Assembly (NCBI RefSeq): GCF_036321535.1
Contig: NC_087436.1
Span: 23,872,001-23,936,000, forward strand
Length of the DNA stretch: 64,000 nucleotides
DNA from: Camelus dromedarius
Lineage: Eukaryota
Reading direction: 5' to 3'
Below are positions 37,650 through 50,910 of this stretch, one piece after another; position 1 is the stretch's first letter, and each line of letters begins with the position of its first letter. The translations under genes were made by a program, and so were the position numbers. The notes beneath the pieces were generated by a model. The model saw nothing but the letters and a program-made list of their open reading frames with translations, was not told the DNA's origin and did not search any database.

Positions 37650-38750
37650 ACACTTAGCAAATATTTATTGAGCACACACTATGTGCCAGGTACTCAGTAG
37701 TCGATGGGGACAGGATGCTGAACAAAACAGAGATGGTCCCTAACCTCATGCCCAGGAGTCTAACACAAAGATAGACATTAGTGAAATAACTACACAGATA
37801 CATAATTACAGCCCAGGATGAAGGCAGGTGTTAGGAAGAACGTGTACAGGTGGCCATGAACAGGTATAGCCTAGCAAAGGGCAGGACAGTCGGGGAAGGC
37901 TTCTCAGAGATCTAGAAAACAAGGAGAAGGTAAGTAGGGCAGTGTAGTTCCAGGACCAGCAGCATCAGCATCACCTGGTGGCTTGTTAGAACTGCAGATG
38001 ATCGGGTCCCACCCCAGACCCACTGAATCAAAAACTCTGGGAGTGGGGCCCGGCATTCTGGGTTTTATCCTAGCCCTCCAGATGATTGTGAAGGACCCTG
38101 AAGTCTGAGAACCACTGCAGCAGGAAATGAGGCAGGATGGGGTGGGACGGAGGGCAGGGCATTCCACCTTGGAGAAATAGTGTTTGAGGCCCCAAGGCTG
38201 GAGGAAGATGGCGAGAAGTGGTGGTGCCAGGAGGCCCCGCAGAGAGGATAGCAGGGTGGCATGAGGCTGGGAGACACACCGGGGTCAGATTGCTTCAAGG
38301 CCTGTCATAAGAAGGCTGTCCTGAGAGCCATGAAAGCCACTGGGGAGTTTTAAGCAGGAATGGGATATGCTCACACTGCATTGTGAAAACATCCTTCTGA
38401 CCACAGAGGGGAGAACTAATAGAGCAAGTAGACGTAAGTCCTCTAATTTGAAAGCTGATAGAATAGAGTGATAGGATATTGAGACAAAGGGAAGTGAATG
38501 GGATTGAGATATATTCCAGAAGTGACAATGGAAGGGCTTTAGCAAAATTCTGAAAGAGAAAGGGTCTGAGAGAGAAAGATGCTTCAGGATGGAGCCCTGC
38601 TTTCTGGCTTGTGAAACTAGACTGATGGTGGGGGTTGCTGTCACTGAGATTCAGAGGATGAAGATCATGCAGTCCATTTGGATTGTATTAAGTTTGAGGA
38701 ACCTTTGAGATACGATCTAGACCTTGGTAGAAACTGGATGGATGAAAGTT
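37650..38750 (-). mobile_element. L2 LINE, interrupted by MER5A
   Basis: CAAATATTTATTGAGCACACACTATGTGCCAGGTACT...AAGCCACTGGGGAGTTTTAAGCAGGAA...AAGTTTGAGG. Confidence 0.85.
37940..38117. mobile_element. MER5A DNA transposon
   Basis: CAGTG...GGACCAGCAGCATCAGCATCACCTGG...TTGTTAGAA...ACTGAATCAAAAACTCTGGG...TGAGAACCACTG. Confidence 0.9.
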
Positions 38751-40504
38751 AGGAAAAAATAATTTTGAGTGGGGAGTTCTGGTAACTACCTGAGCCAAAG
38801 GATCAAAATGGAACTGAGTTTTCTGAGGTTTCTTTGCCTGTTTTCTTATTTATGTATGTATCCATTCATTTACTCATTCATTCTACCTATTACACCCTTC
38901 CCAGAACATGGAAGCATTTGAGATAGAGGAAGATTAGTAGGGGAATGGGACTAACTATGGTAGATCTTGAATTCCTAGCTAATAATTTCAGACCACCATT
39001 GAAGGTAGGCAGGATTGCATCATGTAGGTAGGTATGTTTTGGGAAGATGGACCTAGCAGTGTTATATGCAGGCAAGAAACTAGAGGAAGACCATCACAGT
39101 AAGTCTAAGGATGCTAAAGGACTACCTCATTCTTTCTAATTGAAATATAAGGTTAGCATGTGGGGACCACAATCAAATTCATATATATTCATTCACTGTA
39201 TTCCATGTATATAACTATGTATCTTTAACCTCTCTCTCCATATAGGTTTGGGAATAGGAAAAGATAAACTTTGAGAGTGTGGAAGCTAGGTCTTTTTCCC
39301 ATTTCAGTTTTCATATCAGGTAGAGGTAGAGTGTTTTTGTACGAGCTGATGTTAATGAGAAGGGAAAGACGCACAGGTAGTAGGCACTCAAAAATCTCTG
39401 TTAACTGGAATTGGACTGACGTCGTGGAGTAGCAAGGGAAGCAGCAGCTCCACACTGGACCCCTCAAGGGGGAAGGGGAGAGCAGGGGGCCCTTGCATGA
39501 GAATCAGGACCTTGGTGACCCCCATCTGTTCCTCCTTCCCTCTCTCCCTCCCCCACCGCTGCCATGGCGACTTGTCTGGAATCACAGTAAGCCTCACACC
39601 CCAGAGAAAACAATACTCTGTCTGAACACTGGAAGTTGGCCTCTGAGGCTCTCGGTCTGCAGGCCCCATCCCCCACAATCAGGGGCTTCTTACAAAAGGC
39701 AGCTTTTTACCAGAGGGTCAGCGGCACTGCTGCTCATCGATTTGAGCCCATTTTATCCCTCAGCACCTTCCACTTGTTTGTTTTTGAACTGACACCACGG
39801 CCTCAATGCTGTTGGCCTCGCCATGGCAGAAAGTTACTGATGTGGCCGTCTGCATCCATCTGCATCCCCTCCGCTCAGCCCCACAGAGCATCGGGCCTCT
39901 TTCTTTCTGGTGTCTTCTTGCCATTGCCGTTGACTCACCAGGCTGGGGCTGTTTGAGCTCAACTGAATTAGTAACAATGCAATCAACATCTCTATTTTTA
40001 TCTTCGCTCCCCCCACCCTCTCTCCCCTCCCGACTGACTCACCATTTCTAGGTCTCAGAGCTTGGCAGCCTTGAATTATATGGGGGCTAAGGTGAATATA
40101 TGCACAGATGTGATATTTCTACCATTCGATACGACGAGTGGTTTCTTTTTTCTTCTAGTGACACAAGGGTTCACACGTTATAAGTGTTATTTATTATGTC
40201 ATCCTTATTGTTGCTGTCTTACTGTGCAAGCTATTGTTTATCTCTTGAGATCTAGGATAAATTGCAGGCGAGGGAGGGAGCCCTGATCTAAAGCTCATCT
40301 TCAGCTTTGAACTGAAAGTTTTAACTTTACCCCAGTTGAATTCTGGAAGCCTGAGCTGGAATCCATAAAAACAGAATATGACCTGTGAAAAATAGTACTT
40401 GTAAAGATTGCACCATTGATGCCAAATACCTTTTCCTATCTAGGCTTCTGATAATTATTTTATCATTTGTTTATCATCATCACGTAATCTTATCATTTAT
40501 AGAG

Positions 40505-40771
40505 ATGATGTAAATTAAGAGCCTGGGTTTTTGGAGTCTGGATTTGAATTCCACTCTGCCACTTATTACCTGTAACCTTGGACTAGTTACTTGATTTCTT
40601 TGATTCTTAATTTTCCTTTCTATAAAATAGAGACTTTTTACCTCTCATACATACATCATAGTATGTATCTCATAGAATTATCTTGAGAATTAAATAAGCA
40701 GATGTTTATAAAGTGCTTAAAACAATGTCTAGCACATAGTAAGTTCTCAATAAATGTTGGCTATTATTATT
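40505..40771 (+). mobile_element. near full-length MIR
   Basis: CTGGATTTGAATTCCACTCTGCCACTTATTACCTGTAACCTTGG...GCACATAGTAAGTTCTCAATAAATGTTGGCTATTATTATT. Confidence 0.9.
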
Positions 40772-41774
40772 CCACAGGCCATAATTACCTCTTTTAAGAG
40801 CAAAGATTCAGTCCTCAAAAGAGTTTTCTTTCAACAAGCACAGTACACTTCAGGATTTTACCTTCCCTTACTTCTGAATTTACAAGCCACCCGTTTTATG
40901 GACACTTAGATAGACACCAAGTTACAGAACAGACCTCTTTGTCTTTCATCGAAAAGTCGAGCTTTCCCGCTTTCCAATCTGCCTTGCTTATATGGCCAGA
41001 ATTTTTCATCTCATTTCATCAAAATTAGGTTTGGGTTCTCATGTGGTCTAAATCCAAGCGCACTTACTTCTTCTCCAAGTGATGATATTTTACAGATGGT
41101 GACTTTTCCTTAGCTTATCTGATGCTACCTCATTAGTCTCTAAACCCTAATGATACTCTTTCATTTCAATAACAGAGCCGTGGAAACTGCATAGAAATCT
41201 CTCTGTGGAAGTTCTCCCTTTGTCTTCCAGCACTTGGATCCTTCTCTGACTTCCAGCCCTGCCCCCTTGACTGGAGGCAGGAAGGAAGGCCAGCTGCTGG
41301 GCTCACATGGCAACAGTCCACGTGAGGGTCCAGTGGAGCGGCCAATGGACGGTCATGGATCCAGCCCAGGTGCAGGTGGGATCCACAAAGTCCTCAGGAA
41401 ACTCCCGGCAACTCTGAGAGCCCCCATATGATCACTCTGGCTGGCCAAGTCTAGGGTGGTTGTACTGCCCACCTTTCAGAGCTATACCAAAAATTATCTG
41501 AACCACAGTTCACCACCATGCGGTCATATCTACACAACAGCCACAAGTCAGGACTCAGAGAAGCTTAGGCACCAGCTTGTGGGCATTGAAATGTTCCCCT
41601 GGGACAGGAAACACCCTCAGGATGGCTTCCAAAGCCTGAGGGAATTAGACATATTCAGTATCCTTCATCCTGTGTAGGTGCTCAGTGGTAACTAGCCGGC
41701 TCTCTTGTTTTGTCACTGACTGCAGTGTCTATCACAGTAATATGGTTTCATACAGTTCTGTACAATTTATATGA

Positions 41775-43753
41775 TGGAAAGTGGCAACCCTGCCTGCCCT
41801 ACCCCTCTTCCCTTCCTGATGTCTGTTCCCCAAAGCTTTAACATATTCTAGCTGTTTCTGCTGGTATGAACCTCTGTATTTTTAAATAACGTGTTTCTCC
41901 AGTTATCTTTTGATTATCGTGTTTTAGATATTACCTGTTGATGCCTTACCATGGAAAATATGGATTTAGCTCACTTACCCCTTCTACCTCTCCAACATGC
42001 TTCATCTTCCTCTCTCTTTCCAATTATCCTTATATCCCAACTTCTGGTGAAATTGTGCGTGTGTGTGTGTATTATCACTCCCAGGTTGGATCCCTGTTCA
42101 TGGATCCCAGGTCGTCTCAGGCTTGGCTTAGTCCTCATTTTAGTGCAATGTATCCTCTAATAACTGCCTAAGAACTCATGAATTTACATGAGAGGTAAAT
42201 TTTTGAGGCCTGCATGTATGAAAATAGCTTTATTCTTCTCTCTTATCTGACTGGATATAGGATTCTAGGCTATAAATAACTCTCAGAAGGAGTTTTGAAG
42301 CACTGAATGCATTTTCTTCTGGCTTTCAAGGTTGTTGTCAAAATGGCCGTTGCCATTCTAATTCCCACCTTTTGGAAACATAGAATTTTTTTAAATTCCT
42401 GACTTTCTGAAATTTCACAGTGATGTACCCTATTGTGGCTTTCTTTGTATTCGTTGTTCAGGGAATTTTCTAGGCCCTTTCAATATGGAAACTTATGTCC
42501 TTTAGTTCTGGGAAATCTTCTTGTGTGATTTCACTGATAATTTCCTCCACTCTGTTTTCTCTTCTTCCTGAACTTCTTATTATTTGGATGTTGTACCTTC
42601 TGGACTGATCCTCTATTTTCTTATCTTTTTTCTTCATTTTCCATCTCTTTGACTTTTGTTTTACTTTTCAAAAGATTTCTTAACCTCACCTTCTTACTTT
42701 TAGTTTGATATTATTTCTCGACCATACTTTTAATTTATAAAAGCTTTGTTTTAACTTTCTAAATGTTTATGCCATCTTGTTCTTAATTCATAGGTTCAAT
42801 ACATTTTTTCCAAGAATATATTAATGATTTTTTAAGTGTCAACCTGTTGCCTTTACTGTCTCTATTTTCTCTTTTTCATTTGTTTATTTGGACTCGGGAT
42901 TTTATGTTAGAGGCTGTCCTCCAATGTGAGGAGATATTGCCTGTATATTCAGTGTTAAGAGAAAAATATTAACAGTAACTGGGAGTCCTATGTTTATATG
43001 TCTTTCAAGTGGTGATGATTGGCCTGGAACCCAGCCATGGGACATCCAAGATCTGTTAGTCATTTCTCTTGGGCGGGTTAATTTCCCTTGAGAGGAGTCT
43101 GCTGATCTTCTGTCTAGGAGATACATGACTGACTGCCAGGGTTCCTGAAGCCAAGTGGAGGAAGGATTTGGAGTGGGGTAAAGTTGTCTCACCACTGACT
43201 TGTAGATTTCCATTTAATTTCCTTATTTCCAGTATAGCAACCCCCTTCAACTTTGCTTTGTGTCCATGGGCCAGATCCCTCTGCTTCTACTTCTATAAAG
43301 AGGAAACCACCCACTCTTTCAGGCTGGAGAAGAAATAGTTGCCCGGCCATGCATAGGAGGAAAAGGATCTCAGAGTCTAATGCTTCTTATACAGACTTTC
43401 AACCAACCATTTATACACCATCATCAAAAGTATCTAGTACCTCCAATTTCTGAGCTTTTAAAGATTCTTAATATACATTAGCTCCTTCTTAGCTTTCCCT
43501 TGTTGAAGTTTAGATTTTAGCTTTTTCTGTTCTCCTAAATTAGTTACCACTCATACATCTGCTTTCCAGTTTCCAAAATTATGTTGACATCTCATATCTC
43601 TGCTTTTGGCTCCTTTCCTATTCTCTCTATGTAGAATTTTGCTTTTTTAAATAAACAGTCTCTTTTTTGTCATTTTTGTGGCGTGTAAGGAGGTAAGATA
43701 GAAAAGAAGTGGAGATAAACATGTATTCAATCTGCCATGCTTAACTGCAATTC
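41775..43753 (-). mobile_element. HAL1 (half-L1)-like element, about 2 kb
   Basis: HAL1-type 3' motifs (TAGCTGTTTCTGCTGGTAT...TAAATAAC...GGATTTAGCTC) lie directly beside decayed ORF1-type sequence (CTGGATATAGGATTCTAGG, TAGTTCTGGGAAAT), with an L1-type 5' terminus (CTGCCATGCTTAACTGCAATTCC) and no ORF2. Confidence 0.7.
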
Positions 43754-43912
43754 CTGAGCGGACTCTTTGTTTCTAAGGGATACACTGTTTCTATATTCAT
43801 CAAAATAAAACTGTCTGGGTTACTTGGCAGGTCCCTTGTCCTGGAATATGTCCACTTGGGGCTGCAATAGTGATGTGGGTCTGCATCAGAATACTCTTAA
43901 GAAATGCAGTGA

Positions 43913-44059
43913 AAGTAGGGGAGGTGGTAGAGTGCATGCTTAGCATATACAAGGTCCTCGGTTCAACCCCCAGTACCTCTTCTAAAAATAAGTAAATAAA
44001 TAACTACCTCACCCCACCACACAGAAAAACCCTTAAAAAAAAAAAAAAGAGAAAGAAAA
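43913..44059 (+). mobile_element. Vic-1-type SINE with A-box deletion
   Basis: GGGGAGGTGGTAGAGTGCATGCTTAGCATATACAAGGTCCTCGGTTCAACCCCCAGTACCTC, poly(A); TSD AAATGCAGTGA at 43902-43912 and 44060-44070. Confidence 0.9.
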
Positions 44060-44399
44060 AAATGCAGTGAGATCTAGAGCTATCCCAGGTAATGTAAGTC
44101 AGATTTCCCTGATTTATCAGTGAGTAATCTAAAATTCACAGAAGATTAGAGCCAACCAATTCCCTGGATTCTGGACCAAACCCAAATTGCAGAACAGCCT
44201 AAGAAATTAGAATTACTTAAGTTATGAGACTCCCATATGAACTGAAGAAATCCCACCATCCCCTTGTCCGGGGCTTTTCTAGCCTGTGGGCGCTCTGGAA
44301 TCACAGGGTATCATCGTATGATAGTGTATCAGAGTGTATGACCGACATCCTTAGGGATATCCCATTTAGGTTCTCATTCTAGCTTTGCCCCTTAGTAGG

Positions 44400-44825
44400 G
44401 TGTCAGTTTGGATGACATCTGTCTGTGCAAGAAGCCCTAGGTTAATTTAAGAAGATGTTTCATTTTCCTCATGTACTGAGAAGCCAGAGGAAAGGAAATG
44501 CAACTGATTCGGGATGTCAGATATTTCCCACCTCAGTGGCTTTTGTCCTTGTACTTGTTATCTCAAGGTCACAAGGTGGTGTCTCCACCACCCGGCTGAC
44601 ACCTGCACTCCCAGGCTGAGGAAACAGAAGAAAGGGACAAGGAGAGGGGGCAGGGCCAACTGCAAATTCGCAGCATACTTTCCATGTACCTCATTGGCCA
44701 GAACCAGCTTACATATCCATCCCCAGCTGCAAGGGAGGCTGGGAAGTACCCCCTCAAATATAATAAGGATTTTAATGAACAAAGGAAAAGGAATATTAGC
44801 TAAGCAGCTCATAGTGTCTGCCACA
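44400..44825 (-). mobile_element. MLT1J/K-like MaLR solo LTR
   Basis: GGTCACAAGGTGG...CTCATTGGCCAGAAC...CCCAGCTGCAAGGGAGGCTGGGAA...TGTCTGCCACA. Confidence 0.8.
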
Positions 44826-45010
44826 CTAGGTGTATATCCTTGAGCAATTTACTTAATTGGCATCTATAACCACATTTGTAAAGGTTATTTGTGAGAATAA
44901 AAATACCTACCTTACAGAGTTGCAGTGAGAAATAAAGGAGAAAATATTCAAAAGACACATAGCAGCACACGAGACACACAATACGCCCTCCATCCACGTT
45001 AGTTCCCTTC
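44826..45010 (+). mobile_element. MIR (head probably at about 44355-44399, split by MLT1)
   Basis: CCTTGAGCAATTTACTTAA...AATACCTACCTTACAGAGTTGCAGTGAGAAATAAA. Confidence 0.7.
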
Positions 45011-45425
45011 TCTGTGAGCCCCAGCATCAGTCAGATTTCTGAACTCACCACGCTGTCAGCATATGCTGTGAAGACCTATACAGATGTGTATTACTTGGTA
45101 AGACTTAAGTTGGTTTTGAGCATTACACAGCACCTGTTGGTAGAACATTTGGTGCAAATGAAATCTGGGGATCACAAGTCAAAAAGTGTATTTTTAGCAA
45201 AGACTGTCTGAATCTAAGACAGAACGCAAGACTATAAAGATGATTTTACAGTCCATGTCTTTTATTATAATCCTTAATCTTTCTTTATATCCCTTTCCTT
45301 TATAGCTCTCCTACCCATCAACCTCTTTTTACCACGTTCTTCCCTTGATCTCTTGAGAGGTTCCTTAATTTGTATTTACTATTATTTATCTACAAAGCTT
45401 TATTATGCAGTCATTGGACCATCAC

Positions 45426-45430
<5 letters not shown>

Positions 45431-45462
<32 letters not shown>
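45431..45462. repeat. (GT)16 microsatellite
   Basis: Perfect dinucleotide run. Confidence 0.97.
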
Positions 45463-45464
<2 letters not shown>

Positions 45465-46049
45465 AAGTGTGTTTAATCGGCCCCAGTGACTGATTGCCCT
45501 GTGCTCCCTTCACCCAGCAAAGCTGTGTGATGACCTTATAAACCAGGTGGGGTCAAGGAGGTGGGGAGGCTAATGGGAGGGGAGGGCTGTGGCCAGCCAA
45601 GCCACAACCGAGGATTTATGAAAACTGCAGTAGTCTGTGAGAGTTTAGGTGTCAGAGGGCATGAACACATATGGCTTCTGTTTTTATGTCCATAGACTTG
45701 TGCTGCCTGTACATATGATGAGTGCTTCTCGCCCTGCCTTGTTTTACACCTTGTGCCCTGTCACACCCGGGCCCTGTCACCATGCTCCCCCTTGCAGAGG
45801 ACAGGGACCAGGGTCACAATTAATAACCCAAATTAGAAGGGACCTTTCTTTTCCTCTCTCCAGCTAAACAACCCTGGAAACAGAGGGGAGAGGTTTGGTG
45901 CTGTGGATGCTTCTGTACAGTGAGAAAGGAAACAATAACCCATCCACCGTGAGCCAGACTGCCTCCTCAGATCAGCAGCTACAAACACATCCTCTCAAGA
46001 TAAATGCAGAAGGGAGAGAAAGAAGCTTCTCCCGTTTAAAAATGTTTAC

Positions 46050-46700
46050 CTTCCCTTGAGGCCCTTTTCTAGCTGGTCTTCACCTCCATTGAGTTCTGGC
46101 TGTCTGCGGAGAAACCAAATGCCACAGTCCAAAGGAGAAGCTCTTTCACAGGGAAAACAAAAGGCAGCTGTCAGTTTAATCCCAAGCTCCCTGATAACAT
46201 TCCAGCAGAGTTCCTTTTTCTGGAGATGAAATAAGAACCCTGGCAGGCCCTCTTGACTGGCCACATAAATCATTTGTAGTAATTGCTCTGAGAGAGGAGT
46301 GCCTCTCAGGCTCCGCAGTCAGAAAGGGGGGGACATCACACACCGACACTCTATTTCTCCCTCCCTCTCTCCCTCACACACACACACCAGCACATGACAC
46401 ACGCACACACACCCGCTGTGCCTCTCACTGGTCCCACACACACACACACATGCACGTGCACCCACATGCACGCCCCCTCTGCTCAGGAGTTGCTCACACC
46501 GGGGTGGGCTCAGCGATCCGTATTAGGAAAAAGAAAAAAACACGCACAGAATATAATGAATAGTCAGTTTTATGTTTCTTTCTCTTTGAGCTTGAGCCAA
46601 TTTAAATTCTTCTGGAGTACAGTTGGGGAGGGGATCTCGGGAGGGTTGACAGGGAAGGTGGGAGGGAGAGAACACAAAGGTAAGAGGGGGAGGGTTGGGA
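46050..46700. promoter_or_regulatory. promoter/first-exon-like region with CA- and CT-rich tracts
   Basis: Repeat-free; CA/CT low-complexity tracts at about 46350-46470; minus donor AAG|GTAAAC (exon end 46050) and plus donor AAG|GTAAGA (GT at 46680-46681). Confidence 0.45.
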
Positions 46701-47047
46701 TCTGGCTTTGTTGGGCTTCTCCGTTGCTGTGTATTCTGTGATGTGTCACCTGTTTCCTCCTTTTTTGCCTTTTTTTCTGGTGAGAACTGAGATGTGGTCA
46801 TAAAAATCCCCCACACTGTGATCTGGGAGCTGCTGCTGAGGCTTGGCAGTTCACTAAGGACCGAACTCTCAAAAGCCACAAAGCTATAATATCCCTTCCC
46901 CTCTGTGGCCAATAAAGATGGTGATAATCAAATAACAGGGCTTAGAAGTGGTGTGGTGCCTGCAGCGGTTGGCCACAGGCCGGTGATATACACCCTTCCC
47001 TTGTACCCTGATGTATGTTCATTGAAAATATTGAGGCCACCAGAGAT

Positions 47048-47062
47048 GGGGGGGGGGGGGGG
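47048..47062. repeat. poly(G)15 tract
   Basis: Uninterrupted G run followed by a (TGAA/TGGA)n L2-type tail. Confidence 0.9.
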
Positions 47063-47792
47063 TCTAGGCACACACAGCTGTTTGAAGAATGAATGGATGG
47101 ATGAATAAGTACATGAATGGATAGACGGATGAATGAATGATGGATGAGTGGATTTCAGTGTTGTGTTATGAACACAGCTTGAAAAGCCAGGAAAATTGCA
47201 GTGCCTCTGTGACAGATGAACGCCTTGTCCCTCTGCACACACTGTAAGTTATAACTATCCTGGCATTGTGCCCCTGGACAGAGAAGAGGAAGTGAGGGAA
47301 GGGAAGAGCTGGATGTGAGTAGAGATCCGTACATCTCCCCATGTGGCCCCTCAGTCCTGACCATCCAGTAGCCTGAGCTGTGAACCAGAGCCCTCTACCC
47401 TCAACAGGAACATAGAATTTGCTAAGCTAGAATTCACAGTCTTGTGTTTTGTTTGATAAGAAAAATATCCAACTTGGAATGCATCATTCATGCCCAAAGC
47501 CCATTTCACCTTCATCAAGCTAATAATAAAATCAACCTATCTGTGTTGGTCTTTCTCTTATCTCCTCCACCCTAGCCCTGAAAGTAATCAATCCCTCCTC
47601 TCCTGGCTACCAAACCAGTTGTCATAGATCAGCACACGTTTGTTCACAGGACCAAAGATGGCACCTCTGCATGAGGAAACACGTACATACATTTCATGTT
47701 AAGATTTTCAGGACCAAGGCTTCTCAGGTATAGGTTAGTAAATTTTTGCTGTAATCTACAAGGCCCATTTAGGTTGGAGTTCTAAATTCAGT

Positions 47793-47818
47793 CACACACA
47801 CACACACACACACACACA
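47793..47818. repeat. (CA)13 microsatellite
   Basis: Perfect dinucleotide run at a MIR tail. Confidence 0.95.
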
Positions 47819-47819
47819 A

Positions 47820-48035
47820 CTAATAATAATAGCTTCTACATATATGATAGTTTATGGTATGCAAAGCAGGTTCCATATAGGAAGTCTGGTTGGTTGCCAT
47901 TTTTAAGCTGAAGAAACCAAAGCTGAGAGAGAGACAAGTGACTTATGTAGGGTCATAAGCAAACAAGTGGCAGAAACAGGTACAGAAGCTGGCTGATGAA
48001 ACATCTAGTCTCATTTGCCATTGAGCATATATTGT
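47820..48035 (-). mobile_element. MIR SINE
   Basis: TAATAATAATAGC...CCATTTTTAAGCTGAAGAAACCAAAGCT...AAGTGACTT...GGTCA...AAGTGGCAGA. Confidence 0.75.
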
Positions 48036-48059
48036 CTCTCTAAATTATTGTGGCAAATT

Positions 48060-49600
48060 TTAGCAAATTATTGTTTGCATTATGTTTTAATACTAAAAGA
48101 TGTTGATTTTAGAAACTTTTTCAAAATATCCACATGACATATTTTTTTAAATCATGCATAGTCGTACCATCCAAGATGATCTCTCCAACATCATTGGAAG
48201 CGATTCATTCTAGTCATTTCTATGCACATATGACTAATATAAGGCCTTGATATATTCAGCGTTAAGTCAGGCAGCATTTGGTTTTGTATCTTATTTTTTT
48301 CACTTATTTTATTGAGATTTTTTTCAGTGTCATTAAACATTATTTATAAGACATGATTTTTAATGCCTGCATAATTTCTCCTGCTATGACTATACCATAA
48401 ATTATTTAAAATTTAATCTGTCTCCAACTGTTGAACATTTCATTTGTTTACCTTTTTTGTTTACGAACATCCTTGTAAACAAATCTTCAGTGGAATTTCT
48501 GATTATTTTTATAGTATAGATTCCTAGAAGAAGAATTGCTGGGTTGGAAGTTATTAACTACTTTTTAGGATATTGACATGTGTTATATAATTGGTTTTCA
48601 GGAAGATCTTATCAGTTTATACCAGCCATCTGAGTGAGCTCTCTCTCCATACTCTTTCCAGCTTTAAGAATTATGAATTTTAAAAATATTTTTGGCCATA
48701 TAATAGTAAAAAATATATTTTGATACTTTAATTTGCATTTGTATGATCGTTAGTGACATTAAACATCTTTGCTAAATGGTACTTTTCATTCATAAACTGT
48801 CTTGTATTCATGCCTGTTCCTCATTTTTAGAATGAGATATTTCTTCTTTTTAAAAGCTTACATATTAAAATTTGCAATTTTTTGGTAACTATTTTAACCC
48901 AGCTTTTAATCTACCTCTTACTTTTTAAGGGTTTTTTTTACATGCAGTTTTAAAAATTTTATGTAATGAAAACTACTAACTTCTTCTTTTGTAACTCTAG
49001 TTATTTTATTCTCAGAAAGACTTAATGCCAAAATCATTAAATATTGACTTTTAAAGCATTTTTAGAGTTCACTTTTTAAGGTGAACTTTCCAGAAAATGT
49101 ATTTTTGTGTACTTGTGAGGTCCAGATCTACCTTCAAATTTGTCTCCCAACCTTGTCTATTTAATAATCCTTCCTTTCCCCATATTTTTAACCTATAGAA
49201 AGTTCTTAAGGTCTCTTTGACTATCATTTCTCTTCCATTGGCCTATCAATTCTTACCTTAATAGCAGAATTCTCAGTTACTCTGGCTTTATCGTAGATTT
49301 TATTATCTCACATTGTTTGTCTTTAGCTGCTCTAGCTCTCCTCCCAGTTTGTTTTTTCAGATATCTATAAAAGTATTTCATTAAATTCATAAATTTATCC
49401 CTCTGGAATGTTGATTTGAATTACATTCAATCTATAGAGTAATTTGGGGAGAATTGACGTCTTCACAACAGTCTTTCCATTCAGGAATATGAAATTTATC
49501 TCCATTCATTCAAGTCTTCTTTTATGATTCTCTAATTTTCTTCATATAGTTCCTATTCATTTCTTATTAAGGTTATTCCTGGGTAACTCAAGTGTTTAAT
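48060..49600 (-). mobile_element. old L1 (L1ME/L1MC-like) ORF2 end plus 3' region
   Basis: T-rich decayed L1: TAGATTCCTAGAAG...AATTGCTGGGT, TTTAATTTGCATTT, AATCTATAGAGTAATTTGGGGAGAATTGAC, TATCTCCATTCATTCAAGTCTTCTTT. Confidence 0.85.
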
Positions 49601-50040
49601 TATTTCTGTTTCTGAAATCACTGCAAAGTGGCATTTTTAAAAGGAGGGTCCTGATTAGCTCAATTGGGGTTAGACTATGAGAACACCCAACAGAACCTGA
49701 CAAGCTAGAAGTCATTAGTAATTAAATAATTTCCATTGGAAAACTAATTGGATTAAATTAACCCATTTCAAGGTATTATTTCTCAGACAAGAACTGTCCA
49801 ACTGCTATTCTTATATTATCATTCGTGACTATCCCTAATAATACACCACTCTTAGTCAATGAGTAAGTGAGAAATAAATGAACTTCATGCCTATAATAAA
49901 TTCATTTTTAAACACGTTGGTATTTGTCATTACTGAATGGCAGTGTCCTAGACCCATTAATCCCTGAAGTCACACTTCTTCCTAAATCAAATCTCAGGCC
50001 TAACCTCAGGAAAACTTTTTATTTCCAAAAATATACTTTT

Positions 50041-50645
50041 TTTTAATTCTTATTTTTTATTGAAGTATAGTTGGTTTACAATGTTAGTTTCAGGTGTACA
50101 GCAAAGCGATTCAGTTATATATATACATACATACATATATATTTTTTTTCAGTTCCTTTTCCATTACAGCTCATTACAAGAAATTGAATATAGTCCCCTG
50201 TGCTCTACAGTAGGTCCTTGTTGTTTATCTGTTTTATATACAGCAACATGTTTCTGTTAATCCCAAACTCCTAATCTATCCCTCCCCCATTCTTTCCCCG
50301 CTGGTAACCACAGTTTGTTTTCTATGTCTGTGAGTCTATTTCTGGTTTGTAAATAAAATTTGTATCTTATTTTTAGATTCTACATATGAGCAACATCATA
50401 TGATACTTGTCTTTCTCTGTCTGACTTATTTCACTTAATATTCACTCTGGGTCCATCCATGTTGCTGCACATGGCATTATTTCATTCTTTTTTATGGCTA
50501 AGTAATATTCCATTGTGTGTGTGTGTGTATCACATCTTTTTTATCCATTCATCTGTCAATAGACAATTCGGTTATTTCCATGTCTTGGCTATTGTAAATA
50601 GTGCTGCTGTAAACATTGGGGTGCATATGTCTTTTCGAATTATAA
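50041..50645 (-). mobile_element. younger 5'-truncated L1 3' end (cetartiodactyl type)
   Basis: TTTATTGAAGTATAGTTGGTTTACAATGTTAGTTTCAGGTGTACAGCAAAGCGATTCAG...; TSD CAAAAATATAC at 50026-50036 and 50646-50656. Confidence 0.92.
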
Positions 50646-50814
50646 CAAAAATATACATTTCTCCAAAACAAAAGTGAACATGTTAGTGCAGCACACTTAA
50701 ATTTACACACACAAATGAGACTATATGCATATATAAATTACTATGTAGAAAGAGGATGTATTACAGAATTTTAGAGCATAAACAGACCTTAAAAATCAAC
50801 TAGCCAAAAGCCAT

Positions 50815-50870
50815 CTAGTTTTACTGGGATCAGTGAATGCACTGAAATTGTTTATAAGACTGTGTGTGTG

Positions 50871-50910
<40 letters not shown>

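Noticed and set aside
46469..46484. CTCF-like CGCCCCCTCTGC
   Set aside because: Only the core half matches the consensus.
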